Source: Candidatus Krumholzibacteriia bacterium
GTDB taxonomy: Bacteria; Krumholzibacteriota; Krumholzibacteriia; JAJRXK01
Reading direction: 5' to 3'
Assembly (NCBI GenBank): GCA_041484665.1
Contig: JBGPIA010000005.1
Location: 96,001-160,000, forward strand
DNA: 64,000 bases
Shown: one piece after another, positions 28,214 through 37,793 of the stretch
Layout of the letters: the number at the start of each line of letters is the position of its first letter
Position numbering within the stretch: the stretch's first letter is position 1
Made by a program: the position numbers and the translations under genes
The notes under the pieces: generated by a model
Told to the model about the DNA's origin: nothing
Seen by the model: the letters and a program-made list of their open reading frames with translations, nothing else
The model's database searches: none

Positions 28214-29673
28214 ACGCGAGCGCGTCGCGCTGGGAGGCCGTGATCGGGCTGGAGGTCCACGCCCAGCTCTCGACCAGGACGAAGATCTTCTGCGCCTGCC
28301 CGACGCAGTTCGGATCGCGCGCCAACAGCCAGACCTGTCCGGTCTGCCTGGGGCTGCCCGGCGTGCTGCCCGTGCTCAACCGGCAGGTGGTCGACTGCGC
28401 GCTGCGCCTGGGCTTGGCCTGCGGAAGCCGGATCGCGCCGGCGAGCGTTTTTGCGCGCAAGAACTACTTCTACCCGGATCTGCCGAAGAACTACCAGATC
28501 AGCCAGTACGACAAGCCGCTGTGCGAGGGTGGCCAGGTCGAGATGATGGTCGACGGCCACCCGCGTACGGCGCGGCTGGTGCGCATCCACCTCGAGGAGG
28601 ACGCCGGCAAGTCGATGCACGACCAGACCGGCGGCACTACCTCGCTGGTGGATCTCAACCGGTGCGGCGTGCCGCTGGCGGAGATCGTTGGGGAGCCCGA
28701 TCTGCGCCACCCCGAAGAGGCGGGCGCGTATCTCACGGCACTGCGTCAGCTGGTGCGCTACTTGGGCATCTGCGACGGCAATATGGAGGAGGGAAGCCTG
28801 CGCTGCGACGCCAACGTGTCGGTGCGGCCGACGGGCGCGTCCACGTTCGGCACGCGCGTGGAGATCAAGAACATGAACTCCATTCGCGGCGTGGTGGCGG
28901 CGCTGGAGCACGAGATCCGCCGGCAGGGCAAGCTCCTGGACGAGGGTGGCACGGTCAACCAGGAGACGCGCACCTGGGACCCCGACCGCGGCGTGACGGT
29001 CTTCATGCGCAGCAAGGAGCACGCGCACGACTACCGTTACTTCCCCGATCCCGATCTGGTCCCGCTGCACGTGGACGAGGCGTGGCTGGCGCGCGTCCGT
29101 ACGCAGCTTCCCGAGCTGCCCATGGCGCGCCTGCAGCGGTTCACGGCGCAGTACGCGCTGCCGGTCTACGACGCCGTGCTGCTGACCGAGTCGCGCGAGC
29201 TGGCCGACTACTACGAGGACCTGGCGCGCACGCTGGGTGACGCGAAGCAGGCCAGCAACTGGATGATGGCCGAGGTGCTGCGGCTGTTGAATGAGCGCGG
29301 CGAGTCGATCGGCCGCTTCTCGGTGCGCCCCCCGGCGGTCGCGGCGCTGCTGCATCTGGTCAAGGACGGCGCCATCAGCGGCAAGATCGCCAAGGAGGTC
29401 TTCGACGAGATGGTGGCGACCGGCGCCCCGGCCGAGGCCATCGTCGCGCGCCGCGGACTGCGCCAGATCAGCGATGAGCCGTCCCTGACCGCCGCGGTCG
29501 ACAAGATCCTCGACGCCCATCCGGGCCAGGTGAAGGCCTACCTGGGTGGCAAGGAGGGGCTCGCCGGATTCTTCGTCGGCCAGCTGATGCAGGCCACGGC
29601 GGGGCAGGCCAACCCCAAGCTGGCCAATCAGCTCGTGCGCGCGGCGCTGGAGCGCCGGCGCAGCCCAGCGTGA
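28210..29673 (+). CDS. gatB: Asp/Glu-tRNA amidotransferase subunit B
   Basis: VIGLEVHAQL, RKNYFYPDLPK, HLEEDAGKS, GSLRCDANVS, DYRYFPDPDL; ATGA overlap with gatA. Confidence 0.97.
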   Translation: MNASASRWEAVIGLEVHAQLSTRTKIFCACPTQFGSRANSQTCPVCLGLPGVLPVLNRQVVDCALRLGLACGSRIAPASVFARKNYFYPDLPKNYQISQYDKPLCEGGQVEMMVDGHPRTARLVRIHLEEDAGKSMHDQTGGTTSLVDLNRCGVPLAEIVGEPDLRHPEEAGAYLTALRQLVRYLGICDGNMEEGSLRCDANVSVRPTGASTFGTRVEIKNMNSIRGVVAALEHEIRRQGKLLDEGGTVNQETRTWDPDRGVTVFMRSKEHAHDYRYFPDPDLVPLHVDEAWLARVRTQLPELPMARLQRFTAQYALPVYDAVLLTESRELADYYEDLARTLGDAKQASNWMMAEVLRLLNERGESIGRFSVRPPAVAALLHLVKDGAISGKIAKEVFDEMVATGAPAEAIVARRGLRQISDEPSLTAAVDKILDAHPGQVKAYLGGKEGLAGFFVGQLMQATAGQANPKLANQLVRAALERRRSPA

Positions 29674-30209
29674 GCAGTCCAGACGCTCTGCGTGGGCTCG
29701 CGTCGGTGGGGCGCGCCCCCGAGTGGTCAGCCATTGCCCGGCGGATTGCGGCAAGTGTGACCGCGGCGTCGCTGGCAGCGGCCGGCCTGGCCACGGCGCC
29801 CGGCCCGGCCGCAGCGGCCAGCACGCCCCGCCCAGCGGCGCGGTACGCCGCCGGCCCCCACCGGGAGCCCTACCGCGATCCCACGGCCGCCGCGGTGCGC
29901 AGCTTGGTCCTCCCCGGGTGGGGCCAGCACTACAATGGCGAGGGCGGCAAGGGCAACCTGTTCACCTGCGGGGTGCTGGCGGGCGCACTCTTCGCCGCCC
30001 GCGTGGTGCAGGTTGGCTCGTCGACCCACGGGCAGGAGTTCGAGCGGGGCGCTGGCCTGTCGGTCATGATCGCGACGTGGGGCTGGAGCATCGTCGACGC
30101 CTACACCTCCGCCCCGCACATCAACCGTGAGAATGGCTACGAGCTCGACGCGCTCGCTCCCGGCCCCGATCGCGGGGTGTGGGTGGTGGTCCTGCGCGTC
30201 CGCTGGTAG
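29670..30209 (+). CDS. hypothetical membrane/exported protein (DUF5683-like)
   Basis: DP..AAVRSLVLPGWGQHYNG and WSIVDAY motifs; overlaps the gatB stop. Confidence 0.6.
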   Translation: MSSPDALRGLASVGRAPEWSAIARRIAASVTAASLAAAGLATAPGPAAAASTPRPAARYAAGPHREPYRDPTAAAVRSLVLPGWGQHYNGEGGKGNLFTCGVLAGALFAARVVQVGSSTHGQEFERGAGLSVMIATWGWSIVDAYTSAPHINRENGYELDALAPGPDRGVWVVVLRVRW

Positions 30210-30341
30210 GTGAGGGGCGAGCGCAGGGGGGCGCGCTCGCGACGCGCGAGCCCCGGCTGGGCGCCACGATCAGCTGCGCGCCAGCATCAGCTGCGCACCC
30301 TGCCAGGATCGCCTGCGCGCAGCCGCCGGCGGACGCGACCC

Positions 30342-30371
30342 TTGACGCGGGGCCCGGGCCTGCGCTAGCTT
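30342..30371 (+). promoter_or_regulatory. possible sigma70 promoter
   Basis: TTGACG (30342-30347), 18 bp, TAGCTT (30366-30371). Confidence 0.4.
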
Positions 30372-30379
30372 CTTTGCAT

Positions 30380-30418
30380 GCCTCCTCCCCGCTCGCGGGG
30401 CAGGAGGCGTTTTCGTTT
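30380..30418 (+). terminator. intrinsic terminator-like hairpin
   Basis: GCCTCCT-CCCCGC / GCGGGG-C-AGGAGGC stem followed by GTTTTCGTTT. Confidence 0.55.
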
Positions 30419-30533
30419 CGCCGCGAGGGCTGCCGCGGCCCTGTCGGCGAGACTCGAGCGGGTCCGCGGGAGCTCGCCTCCATCCCCGCCGCGTGGTCAT
30501 GCCACACATGACCCACGGAAAGGAGATCGGACG

Positions 30534-31217
30534 ATGCGAAGCTTCTGCCCGACATGCCTCCCGCTGACCGCGCCTCCCCGCCTCCTGCGATTGCTCTGCG
30601 TCGTGATGCTGGGCTTGCTCTGGGCCGGCGGTGCGCGGGCCGACCTCGTGGTCAACGAGGCCCTCTCGGCGCCGAGCTCCGACTGGAACGGCGACGGCGT
30701 GGTGGACTTCAAGAACGACGAGTGGGTGGAGATCCTGAACACGGGCCCGGGGGTGGAGAGCCTCGACGGCGTCTTCCTGCGCGACGGCACCGGCACGGAG
30801 TACCACTACGGTTTCACGGGGAGCCTCTCCCCCGGCGAGGTCCGGGCGGTGTTCGGTGACGAGTCGGTCGCCTGGCAGGCGGCGCACGGTCTGGCCACGG
30901 TGGGCCTGAGCCTCAACAATGGCGGCGACACCGTCGAGCTTTGGCGCGACCAGACCGACCCGATCGTGCTGCAGCCGCTGGACGTGGTCCCGATCCCGGC
31001 GCATGCCGCCGCAAACGAGCGAGCGCTCGGCCGCGATCCGGTCACGCTGGGCTGGCTGCTGTTCGATGGGCTCAATCCCTACACGGGGGCGTTGCAGCCT
31101 GGCTATACCGGGTGCAGCCCGTCGCCCGGACGTACCAACGAATGCGGGCCCATCCTCCCCGACGGCGACGTGACCTGGGGGAGTCTGAAGCAGGTGTACG
31201 CCCCCCCGCAGCCGTAA
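30534..31217 (+). CDS. secreted lamin-tail-domain protein with C-terminal TWGxLKxxY motif
   Basis: AAGGAG RBS; signal peptide ending ARA; LTD-type VVNE.., DEWVEI.N, LNNGGDTV.L, SPG..N; tail VTWGSLKQVY. Confidence 0.8.
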   Translation: MRSFCPTCLPLTAPPRLLRLLCVVMLGLLWAGGARADLVVNEALSAPSSDWNGDGVVDFKNDEWVEILNTGPGVESLDGVFLRDGTGTEYHYGFTGSLSPGEVRAVFGDESVAWQAAHGLATVGLSLNNGGDTVELWRDQTDPIVLQPLDVVPIPAHAAANERALGRDPVTLGWLLFDGLNPYTGALQPGYTGCSPSPGRTNECGPILPDGDVTWGSLKQVYAPPQP

Positions 31218-31497
31218 GCGCGCCGGCGCCCGGCCCGATCCGGCCGCTGCACGAGCCCTTCCTGAACGGACTCGTGCCCGGCTGGCCTTGCCTCCCCTTG
31301 TGCCACCCGTGCGCCTCCCGCGATGCCTCCGATGGCGCCCACCGGACGCCACGGAGACGCCTCCCGGACGCTTCCCGGGCGTGAGCGCGGTGTGGAGGTG
31401 GAGCCGCTCACGCGGACCGCTCAACGTACACGCGGCGAGAAAGGCGCGCCGCAATCCGCCCTGGGCGCAGCGGCGCGCCTGCTCTATCCTGCCTTCC

Positions 31498-32475
31498 ATG
31501 GAAAACGCCAAGGTTTCGGATCTGTGGGATCGCGCCCGCGCGGGCGACGTGGCCGCTCTGGGTCGCTTGGTCACCCTCGTGGAGGACGAAGGTCCGGCGC
31601 GGGGCGAGCTGCTGGCGCGCGTGGCGCCGCTCACCGGGCGTGCGCACCGGATCGGGTTAGCCGGCCCCCCCGGGGCCGGCAAGAGCACGGTCGCAGCCGA
31701 GCTGGCGCGGCGGTTCCGGGACCGCGGCGAGCGGGTCGGCGTGGTGGCCGTGGATCCCACCAGCCCGGTGTCGGGGGGGGCGCTTTTGGGCGACCGCGTG
31801 CGGATGGGTGACCTGGAAAGCAGCGATGGCATCTTCATCCGCTCGCTCGCCTCGCGCGGGATGCCGGGTGGCTTGAGCCTGGCCGCCGGCCTGGTGGCTG
31901 ACGCCCTCGACGCCGTGGGCTACGACCGCATCCTGATCGAGACGCTCGGGATCGGGCAGGGAGAGCTGGACATCGTCCCCAAGGCGCACACCGTGCTGCT
32001 GCTGATGCTGCCCGGAACTGGCGACGCGGTGCAGTTGATGAAGGCCGGCCTCATGGAGCTGGCGGACATCTTCTTGGTGAACAAGGCCGACCGGGACGGT
32101 GCGCAGGCCCTGGCCGTGCTGTTGCGCGCGCAGCTGACCGAGACCGCGCGGCCGGCGGGGGCCTGGATGCCGCCGGTGCTGCTGACCACGGCCTACCGCG
32201 GCGAGGGGCTGGACCTTGTCCTCGAGGCCATCGAGCGACACCGGGCCTACCTGACCACCACGGGAGGGCTGGAAAGCCGCCGCCGTGCGGGCATCCGGGC
32301 GCAGCTGCGCCAGCTGGTCGAAGGCGCTGTCCTGCAGCGGATGTGGAGCGATCCGGTGCTGTCGGCCGAACTGGACAAGGCCGTCGAGGAGGTGGCCGAG
32401 CGCAAGTCGGACCCGGTGCGCTCCGCCGCACGACTCGTCCAGCGCATGCTGCCCGGCCGCAAAGGCGCGCGCTGA
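31498..32475 (+). CDS. meaB: methylmalonyl-CoA mutase-associated GTPase (MeaB/ArgK)
   Basis: GPPGAGKST, AVDPTSP.SGGALLGDRVRM, FIRSLASRG, IETLGIGQ, KAGLMELAD, VNKAD. Confidence 0.95.
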   Translation: MENAKVSDLWDRARAGDVAALGRLVTLVEDEGPARGELLARVAPLTGRAHRIGLAGPPGAGKSTVAAELARRFRDRGERVGVVAVDPTSPVSGGALLGDRVRMGDLESSDGIFIRSLASRGMPGGLSLAAGLVADALDAVGYDRILIETLGIGQGELDIVPKAHTVLLLMLPGTGDAVQLMKAGLMELADIFLVNKADRDGAQALAVLLRAQLTETARPAGAWMPPVLLTTAYRGEGLDLVLEAIERHRAYLTTTGGLESRRRAGIRAQLRQLVEGAVLQRMWSDPVLSAELDKAVEEVAERKSDPVRSAARLVQRMLPGRKGAR

Positions 32476-32590
32476 CCGCCCGCCGCGCTGACCGGCCGCT
32501 ACGTTGACCGGTCGCTGCACTGGCAGGTCGCTGTGCTGGCCGGCCGCCGCGCTGTGGGGTGGCCGCGCTGACCAACCGCAACGCCGACGG
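32471..32590. repeat. degenerate 16-bp tandem array (7 to 8 units) starting at the meaB stop codon
   Basis: Units at exact 16-bp period: GCTGACCGCCCGCCGC, GCTGACCGGCCGCTAC, GTTGACCGGTCGCTGC, ACTGGCAGGTCGCTGT, GCTGGCCGGCCGCCGC, GCTGTGGGGTGGCCGC, GCTGACCAACCGCAAC. Confidence 0.8.
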
Positions 32591-32794
32591 TGGTGCACCC
32601 GGCTTCCAGCTCCGCGATCCCGGGCGGCCGTGGAAGGATCCCGGCCGACCTTTCCAAGCTTGCGTCGCCTACCTATACTCCTGCGAGCCCAGCGGTGGTC
32701 AGGGCTCGCAACCGGGCTTTCCGTGTCTTCGCAGCTGCACGCGCTCCCGGTGCTCCTTCCGTGGGTCGCCCGGGGGGAAGGAGCGTCCTCCGCC

Positions 32795-33196
32795 ATGGGC
32801 CGTGCGATCCGCGTCCTGCTCGCCAAGCCGGGTCTGGACGGGCACGACCGGGGCGCGAAGGTGATCGCATCAGCGCTGCGCGATGCGGGCATGGAGGTCA
32901 TCTACACCGGTCTGCACCAGACGCCCGAGCAGATCGTGAGCGCGGCGATCCAGGAGGATGTGGATGTGCTCGCGCTGAGCATCCTCTCCGGCGCGCACAT
33001 GACCGTCTTCCCGCGCATCCTCGAGCTGCTGCGGGAACGCGGGGCCGAGCACATCCACGTCACCGGCGGTGGGATCCTCCCGGAGAAGGATGTCCAGGCG
33101 TTGCAGGCTCTGGGGGTGGGCCGCCTGTTCGGCCCCGGCACGGCGATGCGGGCAGTCGTCGAGTACATCCAGTCACTTCCGTTGCGCAAGCGCTGA
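32795..33196 (+). CDS. cobalamin-binding small subunit of an acyl-CoA mutase (MCM/ICM C-terminal domain)
   Basis: [13 protein letters not shown] (DxHxxG), [24 protein letters not shown]. Confidence 0.93.
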   Translation: MGRAIRVLLAKPGLDGHDRGAKVIASALRDAGMEVIYTGLHQTPEQIVSAAIQEDVDVLALSILSGAHMTVFPRILELLRERGAEHIHVTGGGILPEKDVQALQALGVGRLFGPGTAMRAVVEYIQSLPLRKR

Positions 33197-33273
33197 CGGA
33201 GGCCGCTCGGCGCTCCCGGCGGCGGGACGGACGCCCGGGCAGGGCAGCGAAGGAGCAGAGGAGTCGGGGATTC

Positions 33274-34410
33274 ATGCAGCTTACCGAGAACCAGCGCATG
33301 GTGCAGGAGGTCGCGCGGCGCTTCGCGCAGGAGCGCATCGCGCCCCTCGCGGCGGAGATCGACGAGGCCGGACGTTTCCCCCAGGAGACGATCCGCGAGC
33401 TCGGCGAGATGGGTTTCCTGGGCGCGCAGGTGCCCGAGGAGTACGGCGGCGCCGGCCTGGACACGGTGAGCTACGCCCTCATCGTCGAGGAGCTCTCCAA
33501 GGTGTGCGGCTCCCATGGGCTGACCCTGGCGGCGCACAACAGCCTGGGCGCATGGCCGATCGTCGCCTTCGGCACCGAGGAGCAGAAGCGGCGCTGGCTG
33601 CCCAAGGGTGCCAGCGGCCAGATGCTGATCAGCTACGGCCTGACCGAACCCGGGGCCGGCAGCGACGCCGGCGGCACGCGCACGACCGCGGTGCCCGACG
33701 GCAGCACCTGGGTGCTCAACGGGAGCAAGAGCTGGATCACCAATGCCAGTTACGCCGGGCTCTACATTCTCACCGCCATGACCGATCGCTCCAAAGGTAC
33801 CAGCGGCGGGATCACGGCCTTCATCGTGGAGCGCGGGGCGAAGGGCTTCTCCGTGGGCAAGAAAGAGGACAAGCTGGGGATGCGGGCCAGCGACACCGCT
33901 CAATTGCTCCTGGAGGACGTGCGCGTACCCAACGACCAGGTGCTGGGACAGGTCGGGCAGGGCTTCAAGCAGTTCATGCAGACGCTCGACGGTGGACGGA
34001 TCTCGATTGGCGCGCTCGCGCTGGGGCTGGCCGAAGGAGCCCACGAGTTCTCGCTCAAGTACAGCAAGGAGCGCGAAGCCTTCGGCAAGACCATCTCCCA
34101 TTTCCAGGCCATCCAATGGATGCTGGCCGACGCCCGCACCGAGATCGAGGCCGCGCGCCTGCTGATCCACGACGCGGCCCAGCGCAAGGACGCCGCGCAG
34201 CCCTTCCGGCTGCAGAGCTCCATCGCCAAGCTGTACGCCAGCGAGATGGCCATGCGCGTCACCAACAACGCCATCCAGATCCTGGGCGGCTACGGCTACT
34301 GCAAGGACTACCCGGTGGAGCGGTTCTACCGTGATGCGAAGCTGTGTACGATCGGCGAGGGCACCAGCGAGATCCAGCGCCTGGTGATCGCGCGCGAGGT
34401 CCTGTCCTAG
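33274..34410 (+). CDS. acyl-CoA dehydrogenase
   Basis: [57 protein letters not shown]. Confidence 0.95.
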   Translation: MQLTENQRMVQEVARRFAQERIAPLAAEIDEAGRFPQETIRELGEMGFLGAQVPEEYGGAGLDTVSYALIVEELSKVCGSHGLTLAAHNSLGAWPIVAFGTEEQKRRWLPKGASGQMLISYGLTEPGAGSDAGGTRTTAVPDGSTWVLNGSKSWITNASYAGLYILTAMTDRSKGTSGGITAFIVERGAKGFSVGKKEDKLGMRASDTAQLLLEDVRVPNDQVLGQVGQGFKQFMQTLDGGRISIGALALGLAEGAHEFSLKYSKEREAFGKTISHFQAIQWMLADARTEIEAARLLIHDAAQRKDAAQPFRLQSSIAKLYASEMAMRVTNNAIQILGGYGYCKDYPVERFYRDAKLCTIGEGTSEIQRLVIAREVLS

Positions 34411-34451
34411 GCGCCGCGGCTGCGCCCTTTCGTCGCGGGAGGTCGGTTCCC

Positions 34452-35642
34452 ATGGCAAGCAACGTCGTGATCGTGGCCGCGGCGCGCACGCCGGTCGGCC
34501 GCTTCCAGGGCGGGCTGGCCCCGCTGCGCGCACCGCAGCTGGGCGCGGTCGCAGTCAAAGAGGCCATCCGGCGCGCCGGCATCGAGCCCGGCGCCGTCGA
34601 TGAGGTGATCCTGGGCTGTGTGCTGCCTGCAGGGCTGGGCCAGAATCCGGCACGGCAGGCGGCCATCCACGGCGGTGTGCCCGACGGGGTCAGCGCCATG
34701 ACCCTCAACAAGGTCTGTGGCAGCGGCCTACGGGCGGTGTCGCTGGCGGCGCAGATCCTCAAGGCGGGCGACGCGCGCTGCGTGGTCGCCGGGGGCATGG
34801 AGTCGATGTCCAACACTCCCTACGCGCTGCCCGGTGCGCGGACGGGTTACCGGCTGGGTCATGGTCAGCTGGTCGACCTCATGATCCACGACGGCCTGTG
34901 GGACGCGTACAACGACTTCCACATGGGGATGACCGCTGAGCTGGTCGCCGAGAAGTACGGCATCGGCCGCGCGGAGCAGGACGCCTTCGCGCTGGGCAGC
35001 CACCGCAAGGCCGTCGCCGCCATGCAGGCCGGCAAGCTCAAAGCCGAGATCGTCGCCGTGGAGGTCCCGGTCGGCAAGGGACAGACGTCGCGCATCGAGC
35101 TGGACGAGGGCCCGCGCGCCGACTCCAGCCTGGAGGCGCTGGCGAAGCTCAAGCCAGCCTTCAAGCGCGACGGTGGCACCGTCACCGCGGGCAACGCGCC
35201 CAGCGTCAACGACGGCGCCGCGGCGCTGGTCGTCTGCACGGCCGAGGGCGCGCGGGAGCTGGGCAGCAGGGCGCAGTTCACCATCGAGGCGTACGCCACC
35301 GGTGGCGTGGAGCCCAAGTGGGTGATGATGGCTCCGGTGCGCGCGGTGAAGAACCTGCTGGCGAAGACGCGGACCGGCATCGGCGACTACGGGCTGATCG
35401 AGCTCAACGAGGCTTTCGCGGTGCAGGCTCTGGCCGTGATGCGCGAGCTGGAAATGGATCCCGCGCGCGTGAACGTGAATGGCGGCGCGGTCGCCCTCGG
35501 GCACCCGATCGGAGCCAGCGGGGCGCGCATCCTCACCACGCTGCTCTACGCCATGCAGGATCGCAATGTCGAGCGCGGTCTAGCCGCGCTCTGCCTGGGC
35601 GGAGGCGACGCGGTCGCGCTCAGCGTGCGCAGGATCGCGTAG
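34452..35642 (+). CDS. acetyl-CoA acetyltransferase (thiolase)
   Basis: [40 protein letters not shown]. Confidence 0.96.
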   Translation: MASNVVIVAAARTPVGRFQGGLAPLRAPQLGAVAVKEAIRRAGIEPGAVDEVILGCVLPAGLGQNPARQAAIHGGVPDGVSAMTLNKVCGSGLRAVSLAAQILKAGDARCVVAGGMESMSNTPYALPGARTGYRLGHGQLVDLMIHDGLWDAYNDFHMGMTAELVAEKYGIGRAEQDAFALGSHRKAVAAMQAGKLKAEIVAVEVPVGKGQTSRIELDEGPRADSSLEALAKLKPAFKRDGGTVTAGNAPSVNDGAAALVVCTAEGARELGSRAQFTIEAYATGGVEPKWVMMAPVRAVKNLLAKTRTGIGDYGLIELNEAFAVQALAVMRELEMDPARVNVNGGAVALGHPIGASGARILTTLLYAMQDRNVERGLAALCLGGGDAVALSVRRIA

Positions 35643-35679
35643 GGGCGGGGGCGGACCCGCGCCCAGGACGGGAGTTCCG

Positions 35680-36534
35680 ATGGACAAGAGCAGGCTCGGC
35701 GTGGTGGGCGGGGGCACGATGGGCAACGGGATCGCCCACTTGTTCGCCCAGCACGGCCACCCCACCGTGCTCGTCGACGTCGACGACGCGGCGCTGGCGC
35801 GCGCACGCCAGACGATCGACGGCAATCTGGCCCGTCAGGTCAAGAAGGGCGCGCTGGACGAGGACGCGAAGACCGCCACCCTGGGTCGTATCACGTTCAC
35901 TCCCGACGTCGGGAAGCTTGCGGGCTGCGCCCTCGTCGTGGAGGCCGTGTTCGAGGACGAGGCGATCAAGCAGGCGCTCTACCGCCGGATCGATCCGCTG
36001 CTGCCCAAGGACGCCATTCTGGCCAGCAACACCAGCTCCATTTCGGTCACGCGGCTGGCGGCCGCCACCGCGCGCGCCGACCGCTTCATCGGAATGCACT
36101 TCATGAACCCGGTGCCGGTGATGAAGCTGGTGGAAGTGATCCGCGGCCACAATACCAGCGATGCGACGACCGCGCAGGTCATGGAGCTGGCCCGCGCGCT
36201 GGAAAAGGTGCCCGTCGAGGTGAACGACTACCCCGGCTTCGTGAGCAACCGGGTGCTCCTGCCCATGATCAACGAGGCGGTATTCTGCCTGCACGAGGGG
36301 GTCGCCACCGCGCAGGCCATCGACGAGGTCATGAAGCTGGGCATGGCGCACCCGATGGGCCCGCTGACGTTGGCCGACTTCATCGGCCTGGACGTTTGCC
36401 TGAGTATCCTGGAGGTCCTGTACGAGGGCTTCAACGACCCGAAGTACCGGCCGTGCCCACTGCTGCGCAAGATGGTCGCGGCCGGGCACCTGGGCCGCAA
36501 GAGTGGGCGCGGCTTCTACACATATCCGAGCTGA
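35680..36534 (+). CDS. hbd: 3-hydroxybutyryl-CoA dehydrogenase
   Basis: [57 protein letters not shown]. Confidence 0.93.
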   Translation: MDKSRLGVVGGGTMGNGIAHLFAQHGHPTVLVDVDDAALARARQTIDGNLARQVKKGALDEDAKTATLGRITFTPDVGKLAGCALVVEAVFEDEAIKQALYRRIDPLLPKDAILASNTSSISVTRLAAATARADRFIGMHFMNPVPVMKLVEVIRGHNTSDATTAQVMELARALEKVPVEVNDYPGFVSNRVLLPMINEAVFCLHEGVATAQAIDEVMKLGMAHPMGPLTLADFIGLDVCLSILEVLYEGFNDPKYRPCPLLRKMVAAGHLGRKSGRGFYTYPS

Positions 36535-36624
36535 TCGCGGCGCGGCCGCGTCACGCGGCGCGTGGCCCACGGGTCGCGCCCGCGCGGCCCGGGCCCCGTC
36601 CGCCGCAGCCGCCAGGGAGAGATC

Positions 36625-37764
36625 GTGAGATTCGATCTGACCAGCGAGCAGGAGCTCATCCGCAAGACGGCCCGCGCGTTCGCCGAGCGCGAGATCGTCC
36701 CGTTCGCCGCGAAGTGGGACAAGGAGTCGCGCTTTCCGGCGGAGGTCGTAGCCAAGCTCGCCGAGCTGGGTTTCATGGGGATGTTCGTGCCCGAGTCGTG
36801 GGGCGGTGCCGGCCTGGATGTCCTCAGCTATATCGTAGCGCTCGAGGAGATCTCGCGCGGGGACGCCAGTTGCGGCGTGATCATGTCGGTGAACAACAGC
36901 CTGGTGTGCTGGCCGTTGCTCCACTTCGGCACGCAAGCGCAGAAGGAGCGCTGGCTGAAGCCGCTGGCCGCCGGCCGGCAGCTGGGGGCGTTCTGCCTGA
37001 GCGAGCCGCAGGCGGGCACCGACGCCGCAGCGCAGAAGACGGTTGCGGTGCGCAAGGGCCAAGGCTACGTGCTCAATGGCACCAAGAACTTCATCACCAA
37101 TGGTGCGCACGCCGACGTGCTGCTCGTCTTCACCATGACCGACCTTGAGAAGGGGCACGGAGGAATTACGGCTTTCCTGGTCGATGCCCCTGCCAAGGGC
37201 GTAAGCGTGTCCCACACCGAGAAGAAGATGGGCATCAAGGCCTCCGATACCGCTCAGATCGTCCTGGAGGACGTGCAAGTGGGTGTGGAGAACCTGCTGG
37301 GCGAGGAAGGCAAGGGTTTCCGCGTGGCCATGTCCACCTTGGACGGCGGGCGCATCGGGATCGCCGCCCAAGCATTGGGCATCGCCCAGGCGGCCCTCGA
37401 GCACTCGATCCGTTACGCCAAGGAGCGTGAGCAGTTCGGGCGACCCATTGCCGAGTTCCAGGGCATCCAGTGGAAGATCGCCGACATGACCGCGCGCCTG
37501 GACGCCGCGCGACTGCTCACCTACCGGGCCGCTTGGATGAAGGACCAGGGGGCGCGTCACACACGCGAGTCCGCCATCGCCAAGCTGATGGCGAGCACAA
37601 CGGCCGTCTTCTGCGCCGAGGAAGCGGTGCAGATCTTCGGAGCCAACGGTTACTCGAAGGAGTACCCCGTGGAGAAGCTGATGCGCGACGCGAAGATCTG
37701 CGACATCTACGAGGGGACCAACGAGGTGCAGCGCATGGTCATCGCCCAAAGCATGCTGCAGTAG
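36625..37764 (+). CDS. acyl-CoA dehydrogenase (short-chain/butyryl-type)
   Basis: CLSEPQAGTDA, LNGTKNFITN, KMGIKASDT, LDGGRIGIAAQ, IYEGTNEVQR. Confidence 0.95.
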   Translation: MRFDLTSEQELIRKTARAFAEREIVPFAAKWDKESRFPAEVVAKLAELGFMGMFVPESWGGAGLDVLSYIVALEEISRGDASCGVIMSVNNSLVCWPLLHFGTQAQKERWLKPLAAGRQLGAFCLSEPQAGTDAAAQKTVAVRKGQGYVLNGTKNFITNGAHADVLLVFTMTDLEKGHGGITAFLVDAPAKGVSVSHTEKKMGIKASDTAQIVLEDVQVGVENLLGEEGKGFRVAMSTLDGGRIGIAAQALGIAQAALEHSIRYAKEREQFGRPIAEFQGIQWKIADMTARLDAARLLTYRAAWMKDQGARHTRESAIAKLMASTTAVFCAEEAVQIFGANGYSKEYPVEKLMRDAKICDIYEGTNEVQRMVIAQSMLQ

Positions 37765-37793
37765 TGCCCTTGCCGCTGACCCTGAGAGCCGCC

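Noticed and set aside
32680..32795. Canonical cobalamin riboswitch
   Set aside because: The B12-box and core consensus could not be matched, and the leader is short for the long class.
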